Shown: positions 10,915 to 21,594 of the stretch, piece by piece
Numbering within the stretch: position 1 is the first letter of the stretch
Layout of the letters: each line of letters opens with the position of its first letter
Origin: Gemmatimonadota bacterium
GTDB lineage: Bacteria; Gemmatimonadota; Gemmatimonadetes; Longimicrobiales; Gaopeijiaceae
Reading direction: 5' to 3'
DNA length: 64,000 bases
Assembly (NCBI GenBank): GCA_034521595.1
Contig: JAXHMG010000003.1
Location: forward strand, 1,536,001-1,600,000
Program-made: the position numbers and the translations under genes
The notes under the pieces: model-generated
What the model was told of the DNA's origin: nothing
Databases searched by the model: none
The model's input: only the letters and a program-made list of their open reading frames with translations

Positions 10915-10932
10915 GCTGGCTTCGGCTCCCGT

Positions 10933-11802
10933 TCAGGGGTCTGGCTCGGCCCTCCAGGCATCGTAACGCATCCGCAGGGTCACCACCGGGTTGGCGTTCT
11001 CGTCGGAACGGGTATTCTCGTCCGTCACGCTGATGTAGAGCGGGTAGTCGCCATCGTTGAAGCCCTCCTCCTCACGGGCCTCGTCGTCGGCGTCGGCCGC
11101 CATGATGTAGGCCACGTCGGCATGACGATATTCACACGGCGCGTCCGGCGCGGACTCGTCCTCGCAGCTACAACGAGCGTCCCCTCCGGCGCGGTCGGCG
11201 GCTTCCATCGCGGCTATGACCCGGTCCGTGACGGACCCCTCGCTTTCCTCCATGGCCCCCACGGCATCCTGGACCACGGAGTACGACGCCAGAATGTTTC
11301 CCTGGATCGAATAGTAGATCTCGGTGCCGGGGACCCGTCCTTGTACGTCCGACGACGCGGCGCTGGTCTGCGCTCCCGAAAAGCCTGCGAACCGACCTTC
11401 CAGGTCCACGATGCCGAACTGCCGATCCTGGATCTCGGGGTCGGTCATGAGCATCTCGAGGATTCTGGAGGGATGGGTGCCGTCCTCGAGCTGGCGAAAG
11501 ATCAGCTCCTGGTTGGAGCGGTCCCGGTCCACGCCCGCCTGTGCGGCGGCAACCCCCATCCCCGGAACCACGACGGCCTGGATGTCCCTCAGGTCGTCGG
11601 CCGGGAACGTCAGCAGTCTCGCCTGCGGCACGCACGTAGCGGAGGCGATCACGACCTGCCCCGTCGACCGATCCACGGCGATGACCGACCAGGTGGCCGA
11701 CGCCGGTATCGGTAACACGGCCAGAAAGATCGCCGCTGCCGCCGCAACGATGAGGCTCCTCGAAAGCCATCCTTCAGCACGGTGTCGCACCCACTCGCTC
11801 AT
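10933..11802 (-). CDS. DUF1028 (Ntn-hydrolase-like) secreted protein
   Basis: Signal ...ASA|TWSVIAVD, RQFGIVD, SIQGNILA, AMEAADRAGGDAR. Confidence 0.82.
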   Translation of the reverse strand: MSEWVRHRAEGWLSRSLIVAAAAAIFLAVLPIPASATWSVIAVDRSTGQVVIASATCVPQARLLTFPADDLRDIQAVVVPGMGVAAAQAGVDRDRSNQELIFRQLEDGTHPSRILEMLMTDPEIQDRQFGIVDLEGRFAGFSGAQTSAASSDVQGRVPGTEIYYSIQGNILASYSVVQDAVGAMEESEGSVTDRVIAAMEAADRAGGDARCSCEDESAPDAPCEYRHADVAYIMAADADDEAREEEGFNDGDYPLYISVTDENTRSDENANPVVTLRMRYDAWRAEPDP

Positions 11803-12842
11803 CGTTCCCTCCTCGGATCGATCAGTTCCGCGAAGCCGGAGTTGCTTCGAATGGAATCGAAATCGCTGTCCTCTGCGGCACGCTCCCGGTACCGCTCCTC
11901 ACGCTCAATGGCCTCGGCCAAGGCTCGAACCGCCTCGTCACCCTCCCCGGCCCGTGCGTGAAGCTCGGCGAGCCCGTAGTAGTAGCGCGCGTTCTCCGGC
12001 TGGAGCTCGATGGCCCGCCTCTGAGCCCGAAAGGCCTCGGTGTGGCGCCCTTCGGTGGCCAACGCGTCCGCGCGGCGCGAATGATTCCGAGCCACGGCCA
12101 TCCCCAGGAGTCTGCGCATCTCCACGAACGGCTCCGGATGGTCGTCCACCCGGATGTCCACCCACAGGTCGTCGTCCCGGGACGGATCATCGCCAATCGG
12201 CTTCACGACGAAGATGCCACCCGCTTGCTTCCCTCGGGCGTCCCCGCCAGCCGCCTGCCCGGCGTCCAACGCGTCCATCATCCGCTCCGCCAGCGTTCCG
12301 TCGGACGCTTCGAAGGTTCGGGCCATCGCCTGCACCACCTCTTCGCCGGCGAGGATGTTCCCTTGGACCGAATAGTTCTCGCCTTCGATATGTCCGTTCC
12401 AATCACTGGTTTCCGAGCCGGTGTACGCCTTGACTCGGCCTCGCGCGTCGATGACCGCGAGCTGCCGACTGGCCCCGCCCACGTCGTTCGTCGTCAGCCG
12501 CCGCACGACTTCCGCGGGCGAAGCGCCCTGGGACAGGAGCCGAAGCCCTTCCGGGCCATAGGCCTCGTTTGCGGAGGCCTGGGTGGCGATGGCACCCAAG
12601 CCGGCCTTCGCGAAGGGCACGATAGCACCGGCGCGGAAGGCCCGGGACTGGATTCCCACCCCGAGCTCGCCCGTCTCCGGGTCGAACGCGACGATGGAGA
12701 ACGTGGAGACCGGCTCGTCGCCGACGCCTTCCGTCTCCTCCCACGGGGTCTGCGCCGCCGCCCCGTTGGACAACGACACCGACAAAGCCAGCGCGAGGAG
12801 AAGGGGGCCGCCCGTGTTCATCAATCTGCTACCATCCGTCAT
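11799..12842 (-). CDS. DUF1028 protein with C-terminal TPR domain
   Basis: STFSIVAFDPETGELGV, ATQA, RQLAVID, SVQGNIL, GGDARGKQ, DIRVDDHPEP, TPR tail. GGAGAGG RBS before ATG 12842. Confidence 0.88.
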   Translation of the reverse strand: MTDGSRLMNTGGPLLLALALSVSLSNGAAAQTPWEETEGVGDEPVSTFSIVAFDPETGELGVGIQSRAFRAGAIVPFAKAGLGAIATQASANEAYGPEGLRLLSQGASPAEVVRRLTTNDVGGASRQLAVIDARGRVKAYTGSETSDWNGHIEGENYSVQGNILAGEEVVQAMARTFEASDGTLAERMMDALDAGQAAGGDARGKQAGGIFVVKPIGDDPSRDDDLWVDIRVDDHPEPFVEMRRLLGMAVARNHSRRADALATEGRHTEAFRAQRRAIELQPENARYYYGLAELHARAGEGDEAVRALAEAIEREERYRERAAEDSDFDSIRSNSGFAELIDPRRER

Positions 12843-12946
12843 AACTACCTCTCCGGAGCTATGTGTCGTGGGCGGGAAGTTCACGAACCGCCCACCAGTT
12901 GCTGGAACTCCGAGTCCTCATGGACCGAACCTCCCCGGTCCCCCCA

Positions 12947-14260
12947 TCACGTGCTCTCGATGTTCGGGACCGGATAACAGGTCGTCGTGCCGTAGGGCTG
13001 TCCGTAGTCGTTCGTCCCATCGGGGTGGTCGGATCCCGGCTCACCGAGGAACGGGACTTCATACGGGGTTCCCCGCCACCGCAGGTGGTCTCGCAGTCGG
13101 TGTCCTCCTTCGACGAACAGCTCCCGCTTCCGCTCTTCGATGACGTGCTCGATCACCGCATCCTGGGTCGGCAGATCATCTTCCGTTACGGTCGGGATGC
13201 CGGCCTCGTCGTGAAGGTCCTGGAGAATGCCGATCGCCCGGTCGAGGTCGTTCGTCATAGCGGCAGCTTCGGCCAGGAAGAGCCGGGCCTCGCGATACGA
13301 AGCGATCAGACGGTCGTCGCCCTGAGTCTCGACCTTGTCGTGACGCCAGATGATGCTGGCGTTGTCGTGCCCGACGAAGCCCGTATTCACGACATTCACC
13401 CGTGGGTCCTCCTCCCCCTTCCACCGCAGGTCACGGAAGCTCGGGGCGACGGTTCCGCTCCGGTTGGACTCCAGACGATTGATGGACTCGAGGGTGTTCT
13501 GGCGGCGAGAGGGCTGCGCTTCACGCGTCGCCATCACCTCGAAGCCTTCGGTGACCAGCTCCGCATCCGAGATCGCGTCTTCGTAGTTTTCCAAGTCGAG
13601 ATTGGCTCGAGCTCGTCCCACCCGGGCCATGTCCACCAGATCGGCGTTGCCTGCCTGCTGCGCCAGGTCGAGCGCGTCGGTGAAACGGCTGACGGCAATG
13701 TCGAGCAACTGCTCGGGGGTCAGAATCTCGTCGCCGGCGTCTATCGGGGTGCCGCAGTATCCTTCACCGAACGCCACGTACGTGAAGCCCGCGTACGCGC
13801 GCATCTCGGCCATGTACTGCTGGCGCTCCGGCACCTCCTCGTCCGTGAATCCTTGGAGGCGGTCGTAATGCGACTCGAGCATGAACCGCGCCGTGTGCAT
13901 GGGCGTGAAGATACCGGTCCATCCCGCGCAGGAGCCCTGAGCGTAGGCGGTGAAGTCGGGGGTGATCTGCCGCAGCATGGAGCGCTGCGCGGTGATGTTC
14001 CCCGAGGCCGGCAGGTACTCGTCGGAATGGAGCGCCGACTGGGTGACGTAGCTGTCCCATACGCACTCGAAGTCCCCGATGGCCGAGTTACGCATTACCG
14101 TGGCCATGGCGGGGGCCTCTACGTCGTCAGCCTCGACATTACCGGGTAGATCCACGTCCAGCAGCCCCTCCGTGTCGCAGGCGGAGGACAGCAGCGTGAG
14201 GAGGGCCAAGGGAAGCAGCCTCGACCCCAGGAGGCGCGTAATCCAGGTGGTGATAGGCAT
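12947..14260 (-). CDS. RagB/SusD family lipoprotein
   Basis: Lipobox LSSAC; ARVGRARANL, EARLFLAEA, EERKRELFVEGGHRLRD. Directly downstream of susC. Confidence 0.88.
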   Translation of the reverse strand: MPITTWITRLLGSRLLPLALLTLLSSACDTEGLLDVDLPGNVEADDVEAPAMATVMRNSAIGDFECVWDSYVTQSALHSDEYLPASGNITAQRSMLRQITPDFTAYAQGSCAGWTGIFTPMHTARFMLESHYDRLQGFTDEEVPERQQYMAEMRAYAGFTYVAFGEGYCGTPIDAGDEILTPEQLLDIAVSRFTDALDLAQQAGNADLVDMARVGRARANLDLENYEDAISDAELVTEGFEVMATREAQPSRRQNTLESINRLESNRSGTVAPSFRDLRWKGEEDPRVNVVNTGFVGHDNASIIWRHDKVETQGDDRLIASYREARLFLAEAAAMTNDLDRAIGILQDLHDEAGIPTVTEDDLPTQDAVIEHVIEERKRELFVEGGHRLRDHLRWRGTPYEVPFLGEPGSDHPDGTNDYGQPYGTTTCYPVPNIEST

Positions 14261-14322
14261 GGAATGTCTCTCTGAGCAGGAATCTGTGTGCATTCGGGCG
14301 CGTGTCGGCTCGTCGATACGCA

Positions 14323-17300
14323 TCAGAACGTCACCCGTAGCGTCGCGTTGAACCGTTTGTGGGTCGGCCAGACATCCTGGAAGTACGCGGTTAGCCCCCC
14401 GGGTCCGTACCCGACGCCCCGGTGTATCGCAGCTCCGGGTCCACGATCTTACGGCCGAAGCCCTCTTCCTGGGCGCGCCACGGCATCCAGAGGTTCTGGC
14501 CCGAGACGCTGAGCGTGGCCGTGCTGGCGCCGATGCTGGCCGCCAGGCCTTCGGGCAACGTGTAACTCGCGGACACCGTCCGGAGCCGAGCGAAGCTGGC
14601 GTCGAAGAGGCCCGGTTGGTTCGTTCCCAGATCTGCCAGGGCCTCGTAGCCGAGGAGGATCGGGTCGTCACGCTCCTCGATCTCCCGGGTGTTGCGGAAG
14701 AACGTGTGTGCCGCGGCCACGTGCCCGTCAATCAGATGATGTCCCCCTTCGTAGTCCAACTGAGCGTACAGACGCAGATCGTTGAAGAGGGTCACGGTCG
14801 CCGTGAATCCTACCTCGCGGGTGGGTATGGGCTGGCCCCAGAAGACTTCAGGCGCGTCCTCACTGTCGCACGGCACCGGATCACCTCCCCCACGGGTGAG
14901 GTTCGTGCCGGGTACGGCGATGGGGCCGCTCTCACACATCACGTTCACGGCACGCGCGTCGAGCCCGTCTCCCACGATGTCCGCCGAGACGACTCGGGGT
15001 CCGAAGATGGCGCCCACCGGGAATCCTTCGGCAAAGCGCTGCCGCGACCAACCCGTGGAAGGGTTGGAGGCCGTGAGCGGCAAGGGGCCGATCCCCCCCA
15101 TGTCGGTGATCTCGTTGTCGTTCAAGTGGAGGGACGTACCGAGATGGACGTTCACGTCCTGGCCACGGTACGCATCCCACTCGAGACCGATCTCGTAGCC
15201 CGTGTTCCGGATTTCACCCAGGTTACGGAACTGAGTGCCCGGAAAGCCCGTGGAGGGCCGCACGGGGACGTTGATGAGGGCGTTCCTCCGATTCTGGTTG
15301 TAACGGGTGAACTCGACCGCCAGGCGATCGTCGAAGAGCCCGGCATCGAACCCGAGCTCGATCTCCTCGCCCACCTCCGGCTCCACCGCCTCGTTGCCGA
15401 CCGTGGCAGGGGTCACACCCGGCTGGCCCTGGAAGGAGGTCACCGGCTCGTACAGCCGCGCTGCCGCGAAGATATCGGGCTGCTGACCCGCTTCGCCCCA
15501 CGCCCCACGAAGCCGCAAGGAAGTGAGCCAATCCACATCGCTGAGCATGGCCTCCTCCGACACGACCCAGCTCGCGCTCAGCTTCGGATAGACAACGAAG
15601 TCGAAGTCCCGCCCGAACGCCGAGTTGTCGTCACCCCTTCCGGCGACGGTCACGAAGAGCCGATTCTCCCAGGAGAACTGCTCCTGGACGTACACCCCGA
15701 ACGTCTTGTTCTGGATGAAGAAATCGCTCGTGCTGCGTTCCGCGCCCGCCGAGATGCTCTCGAGCGTGGGGACGGGGAAATTCTCTCCCTCACTCTGCAC
15801 GGACTCGACGGTCTTGTCGTAGTACTGGACGCCGGTCGACGTGGCCAGCTCCAGCCCGGAGATGGGCTCCCAGTTGGCCGTGGCCCCGTAGTCGAGGCTG
15901 ACGTACTCGGTGGTCTGATATTCCACCTCGCGCATACCCTGGCGGGGACTGGCGCCCACCCCACCCTGGAGGTGCTTCAGGAGGTGGTGATTCCTGGTTT
16001 CGGTCAGATCGAAGCCGACGATGAGCCGATGGTCGAGCCAGTCGAAGGGCTGATGGTTGGTGGTCAAATTGTACGTGTTGCGGATCACGTCCTGCCCGCC
16101 CCGGACATTCTCCTCGTAGACCTCGGGGAGATAGGCGATGTAGCCCCGGAAGGGACCGTCCAACGCATTCGGCTGCCCCGATCCCTCCTCACAGCCCGCG
16201 CCCGGACACGCCCAGTGGAAGGCGACCGTGATCGGCTGTTCGGCGGACGCGGACGAGAACTCCGATCGGACGAGCCCCAGTCCCAACGACACGGTCAGGT
16301 CGTCACGTGGCGCCCAATCCAGGTTGCCTCGACCATTGAGCTGGTTCTTCCAGTTATAGGGGACCGCACCCTCGTCGTGATCCCAGCCCAGGCTGAAGTG
16401 GTAGCGGAGACCGTTGCCTCCGCCCGAGACCGCGCCACTGAGCCCGTAAGGCATGCCGACACGGAAGTGGTTCATTCCGTGTCGCTCCCAGTCCTCCTGG
16501 AAGACGTTCACCCCGACGATCTCACCCGGCGTGCAGCTCCCATCCCCGATCCCCTGGCAGGTGAAGTAGGCGCTGGGCCAGTGCTTTCGGGGATCCGGGT
16601 ACCAGCTCTGTCCCACTTTGCTGGTGAGCGTGAACTGGGGCTCCCCCTCCACCCCTTTCTTCGTGATGATCTGGATCACGCCGTTGGACGCCTCGGTACC
16701 GTACAACGTCGCTGCGGCGGGCCCCTTGATGACCTCGATGGATTCGATCATCTCGGGATCGATATCATTCAAGCGCGTCGGCGCGCCCGTGCCGTCCACA
16801 CCCACCGAGCTCCCGTATTGGTCACCCGCCTCGTTGTTCACCCGGACGCCGTCGATATACACGAGCGGGTTCGAAGAGAGGACCAACGAGCCCGCTCCAC
16901 GAATCCGCATCGTGGCTCCGACTCCGACTTCTCCGCTGCCCAGATCCACGTTCGAGACCTGCGACATTGCCTCTGAGGAGGTTGTCCATGTTGGCCTGAG
17001 GAGCAGCGCGCTGGACCTCACCGACGTCGAACTCCCCGACCACGTTACCCAGGGACCGCGCCTGCTGTGCACCGGCCGTTCCCGTCACCACGAGCTCGTC
17101 CAACGCCAGCGCCTGCTGCCGCAGTTCGAAGTTCAGGGCTACCGTTTCACCTTCGACAACGGTCACCTCCTGGCTGGCACTCTGATACCCGATGAGCTCG
17201 GCGCGCACCGTGTGCGTTCCGGTGGGCACGTTCAGCATCAGGTACCGGCCGCTGGCCTGAGTGAGCGCACCCACCTCCGAGTCGGCAACGTAGACCTGGA

Positions 17301-17868
17301 CACCGGGCAAGGGCTCTCGGCTGCTCGCATCCACCACCTGCCCCGCGATGCTCCCTTGGAGGTCACGGCGCTCGATCGGGGCCCCCAGGCCGAGAGCCGC
17401 CATCTGGGAGCGCATGTCACGGGCGAACCGTACGGCCGGTATATGCACGTCCCGGGCCTCACTCCTCGCTTCGGGCTTGCGAACGACGAGTTGGCCGGCC
17501 GTTATCGAGAGCTCGAAGGGAATGCCGTCCAGGAGCGTGGCCAACGCGTCCTCGACGCTCACGTCACGGCACGAGCACGTCACCGCACGAGTCACGGGAA
17601 ACGCGGCGGGGCTGTAGGCCAAGAACACGCCCGAGGTCTTCTGCAGGGCCTGGAGAGCCTCACCGAGTGGGACGTCTTCCACATGGAGGTGGGCCGTGCG
17701 AGCCGTGAGCACGACGGCGGAGCCGGCCTGAGCCACCGAGGTGCGTGCGCCAGCAGCGTCGGCCAGGACATCTTGTCCCGTGGCCCCGCTGGGTGCGGAT
17801 AGACCGAACAATGCCGCGACGGCCAGGCTGCCGAGCCGACGGAGGGTTCGAACGCGTGGAACATGCAT
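14323..17868 (-). CDS. SusC/RagA TonB-dependent transporter with N-terminal signalling (STN) domain; two apparent frameshifts (~16953 and ~14398)
   Basis: Joins track ORFs 16822-17964 and 14391-17072. Plug motifs PLVYIDGVR and IESIEVIKGPAAATLYGTEASNGVIQIITKKG. Adding one G to the G6 run at 14395-14400 restores the C-terminus LTAYFQDVWPTHKRFNATLRVTF*. Confidence 0.85.
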
Positions 17869-17994
17869 AGGTTCCTCCGAACCGAAGGAAAAAGGATGGC
17901 GAGCCGTGAAGGCCAGCCACGTGTTCACCGGTCGGTCGGACCGGACGATGGATTCATGGTTCATGTGATCCTTCTCCTTGACGCGAACGCGTCA

Positions 17995-19047
17995 TCAGCC
18001 GCTCGATTCGGAGGTTCCGATCCGGAAATAGCTTCGGCTGGGGTCCCGCTGACACCCGGCCTTGACGATCTCGCAGAGCACGAGGATCACGTCGTCGGCG
18101 GAGCGGTTCGTGAACGTGGCCGTGATCGGAACGTCTTGGAACTGCGGAGCGTCGAGGGTCACGGCGACCCCGAAGTGCCTTCGCACCTCCTCCACCACCC
18201 GCGCGAGGGGAGTCGCGCGGAAGACGAGGTGGTTGCCCATCCACTCGAGTTGGTCATGGATGTCGGAGGCCCGTCTCTTCGACAACGGCCGACCCGGCTC
18301 CTTGTCGCTCATCTCTCCCTCGACGAGCTCGACTTCCAACTCCTCGGAAGTCACTCCGACCTTCCCCTCCACGACCGTGACCCGGAAGCGCTCCGGCTTG
18401 GAACGCACCTCGAAGCGGGTACCGAAAACGGCCACTCGTCCTTGCTCGGTCTCGACGATGAAGCGTCGGTCGTCGTCTTCCGCCACACCGAAAAAGGCTC
18501 GTCCTTCCAGGCGCACCGTGCGATTCCGCCCCGTGCCGGTGAAGGTGAGCTCGCTCTCGGGTCCGACCCGGACGTCGGACCCGTCGGCGAGGGTCACCGT
18601 GACCACCTCCCCCGGCCCCGTCGCGACCGTCCGAGCAGCCAGCGGCTCCGGCAAAAAGCCCATTCCGTCCGCGAGCACCGCCAGGCCGAATCCCAAGGCG
18701 GCCACACCTGCGGCCACCAAACCGGCCCGGAGGCCCGTCAGCGAGCCGGAGGCGGCCGAGCGTCGCACGTTTCGGACTTGGTCGCCGGCCTCATCCTCTC
18801 GCGCGGTTGCCGATGCGTCGTGTCCCGGAACGCAGATCCGACCTTCGGCCCGTTCGATCAGGGCCTGCGGGTCCGGAGACGGAACCTCCTGGACATCTGT
18901 CTCCGCGAACGAAGTGATCGCCCACACACGTTGCAGGGCGCGGAATCGGTCCTCGTTCGCCGGGTCGAGTGCTCGCCACCGTTGGAGGCGGCGCAACTCA
19001 CCGGCCACGGCGCGTCCCTGCAAGACCCGAATGATGAGGTCGTCCAT
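17995..19047 (-). CDS. FecR-family anti-sigma factor
   Basis: N-terminal WRALDPANE, one TM helix, LADGSDVRVGPESEL, LEGRAFFGV, VFGTRFEV, LVFRATPL. Confidence 0.9.
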   Translation of the reverse strand: MDDLIIRVLQGRAVAGELRRLQRWRALDPANEDRFRALQRVWAITSFAETDVQEVPSPDPQALIERAEGRICVPGHDASATAREDEAGDQVRNVRRSAASGSLTGLRAGLVAAGVAALGFGLAVLADGMGFLPEPLAARTVATGPGEVVTVTLADGSDVRVGPESELTFTGTGRNRTVRLEGRAFFGVAEDDDRRFIVETEQGRVAVFGTRFEVRSKPERFRVTVVEGKVGVTSEELEVELVEGEMSDKEPGRPLSKRRASDIHDQLEWMGNHLVFRATPLARVVEEVRRHFGVAVTLDAPQFQDVPITATFTNRSADDVILVLCEIVKAGCQRDPSRSYFRIGTSESSG

Positions 19048-19285
19048 GCTCGTCTTCAGCTCGTTTCAACTCCCCCGCGGAGGATTCCGGACGCGGCCGC
19101 GGCCTCGGGAGGGTAGGCCGACCGGGGATCCACCTCTCTAACCGGTTTGAACACGAGCAGCGAGAAAAAGTACTATCGGCTTCGGGGAAACGGGTCGCTG
19201 AGGGCCATGGCGAGGCTCCCTACCCCCGGAAGGAGAAAGGCTGCGCTGACGACGTCAGTGGCGTCTCGGAAGGGAGCGCCGGTGG

Positions 19286-19927
19286 TCAGCTCGGGGTTCG
19301 GACACCGGACAGTTGGTCACGGAGGGACGCGAGTGCGGCGCTCATCTGGTTAGCCACCGTCTGCCGTGAGATTTCCAAGGCTTCCGCGATCTCGCCGTAA
19401 CTCAGACGGTGAAAGCGAGCCAGGACGAACACCTCGCGGCGCCGCTCCGGAAGGGACGCGATGGCGGCCTCCACCTCACGGCGGAGCGCATTGTCGTGAA
19501 ACACGATGTCGGGATCCCGCGGTGGGCGTGGCCCGGAGGCCGCGGCTTCCGGATTGCGCCGCAGACTCGCGCCCGACTTCCTCTCCCGTTCCGAGTTGAG
19601 CGCCAGGTTACGGGTGATTCGATAGAGGTAGGCGCTCACCGTGCCGCGCGGTTCCCACGTCGACCGATTTTGCCAGACTCGCACGAATGCTTCCTGAACC
19701 ACATCCTGCGCGCGGTCCCGTCCACCCACGATCGTATCGGCATAGCGGATCAGCCGGGGCCAGTAACGCCGAAGCAGCGTGGAAAACGCTTCGTGAGAGC
19801 CCCGATGGATTTCCCACATGACCGCCAGGTCATCGTCGGGCCGGGCAGCACGGGCATCCGAAGGAACATCGGCATCGTCCACTCCTCGACGATTCGCGTC
19901 GAGTGGAATCACGTCCCCGAGTGCCAT
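19286..19927 (-). CDS. ECF sigma-70 factor
   Basis: AQDVVQEAFVRVW, YLYRITRNLALN, LPERRREVFVL..LSYGEIAEALEIS. GAAGGAGG RBS before ATG 19927. Confidence 0.9.
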   Translation of the reverse strand: MALGDVIPLDANRRGVDDADVPSDARAARPDDDLAVMWEIHRGSHEAFSTLLRRYWPRLIRYADTIVGGRDRAQDVVQEAFVRVWQNRSTWEPRGTVSAYLYRITRNLALNSERERKSGASLRRNPEAAASGPRPPRDPDIVFHDNALRREVEAAIASLPERRREVFVLARFHRLSYGEIAEALEISRQTVANQMSAALASLRDQLSGVRTPS

Positions 19928-20313
19928 GCCCCCTCCTTCCAGGTCCTGACGGCGTCCCCACCGCCACCATATGGGGCGTGAGCACCGCGCCGCAAGCGAG
20001 ACCGGAGGCGAACGAAGCTTGACCGAAACACGGACCGAAGCGACGGTGCCCGACCCCGAGTCGCCCGACCATGTCGGCGAACCAGTTGAGCATGACCCGC
20101 GTCCCTCCACGACGTCGCATACGGCTGCTCCCACCCCGGCCGGCTGATCGAGCTTCGCGAGGAAGGGACGACCTTTGACGTGCCCGCCGGCGAGATTCCC
20201 TGGTCGAACGTCAATGGGGGGCACCCGGCCGACTTGGATCGTGGACCTGCTCTCAGCCGCAGTCCGCCGGGTTCACGGGGGACGAGAACCCGAGGGCTCG
20301 CTTTCCGTCCAGG

Positions 20314-21162
20314 TCAGAGGAGGAGCTCGAGGCCCAAGACGAGCCCGCCCACGAGGACGAACAAGACTCCCAGGACCCGTTCCATCAGGGAGGACGGGAC
20401 GTGCTGCGCGACCTGGCTTCCGAGGGTGCTCCCCACCAGCACTCCGGGGACGCTCCACACCACCACGCCCCACGCGGATTCGGCCACCAAGGCGTGAATC
20501 GCGGCGCCGACCACCGCCGTGATGGCCAACGTGAATACGCTGGTGGCGATCGCCACGCGGGGAGGGATGCGACACCGAAGAATGAGCTGAGTGGTCGAGA
20601 TCTCGGGAAGTCCCGCGCTGATGAGCCCCGTGAGGCCGCCTCCGATCGCGGCCAAGAAGACACCCGGCAGCCGCGAGCACGTCGGATACTCGAACACGGT
20701 GCCGTCTCGCGCCCGGATCGTCGTCGTGCCTTTTCCACTGGCACGGCCGCGAAGGAGCGTGCCCTCTCGGGCACCGGGCTCACAATCCTCCGGTGCCGGT
20801 ACGAAGATCAGCAAGGTGGCCAGGATCATCAGCGCGACCCCGAAGATGATCTTCAGCGTCGAGTCCGGGACGCGGTGCGCGAGCGCGGCCCCGACCACCA
20901 CCGTCGGGATCGCTCCGATCAGGAGCGTGCGGGCCGTGGCGTAATCGACCAGTCGCTGACGCACATAGGACCGGAGCCCGTTGCCCATCCCGAACACCTC
21001 GGTCAGGAGGCCGGCGCCGATCGCTTGTGCCGGGGTGAGCCCCACGACGAGCATGAAGAACGGGCTGAAGAAGAGGGCGCCCGAGACGCCGGACCCGACC
21101 GCCACGGTCGAGAATCCGACGGCCGCGGGTAAGACCCACCACAAGCTCCAAACGGGTTCCAT
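20314..21162 (-). CDS. TauE/SafE (TSUP) family membrane transporter
   Basis: About 8 TM helices; GSGVSGALFFSP, AIATSVF, GSTLGSQVA; GAGG RBS. Confidence 0.85.
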   Translation of the reverse strand: MEPVWSLWWVLPAAVGFSTVAVGSGVSGALFFSPFFMLVVGLTPAQAIGAGLLTEVFGMGNGLRSYVRQRLVDYATARTLLIGAIPTVVVGAALAHRVPDSTLKIIFGVALMILATLLIFVPAPEDCEPGAREGTLLRGRASGKGTTTIRARDGTVFEYPTCSRLPGVFLAAIGGGLTGLISAGLPEISTTQLILRCRIPPRVAIATSVFTLAITAVVGAAIHALVAESAWGVVVWSVPGVLVGSTLGSQVAQHVPSSLMERVLGVLFVLVGGLVLGLELLL

Positions 21163-21594
21163 GCTCTCCTCTTCCGAGGCGTGTGTCCCGGGCCCTCCGT
21201 CTCCAGCGAGCCATCCGAGGACCGAATAAGCCGACGATCCAGAGGGTTCCCGGGTCGGTGCTCGGTCCGTCGCCGCAGGCTAATGCCTGATCCGCGCCCG
21301 GAACCGCTCCCGGACGTCACCGGTTCGGACGTGCGTTCGGGCCGACTCGAACGCACGGGAAAAGCACCACACGGAACGGAACCACACATGAACCTCCTCT
21401 CGCGACTCAGGTGCGCGCTCTTCGGCAGCAGCGCGCAGGCTGCCCGACATTCGGCGACCTGGATGTAGTCTGGCGCGCCTCCCACACGGGAGGTTCGCGC
21501 GGGCGCGATCCTAGCCGAGCTTCAGAGCCTGGACGGCACCAGTCCTACCAGCGCTGGACAGCACCCACATCCCAATGACACCCACTGATCGACC

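Noticed and set aside
19928-20313. Possible gene remnant or ncRNA between the ECF sigma and TauE genes
   Set aside because: No recognisable motif, start/stop context or convincing structure.
21388-21468. Small ORF MNLLSRLRCALFGSSAQAARHSATWM followed by a CCTCCC/GGGAGG hairpin
   Set aside because: Weak RBS, no control-codon cluster and no U-tract; cannot be supported without homology data.
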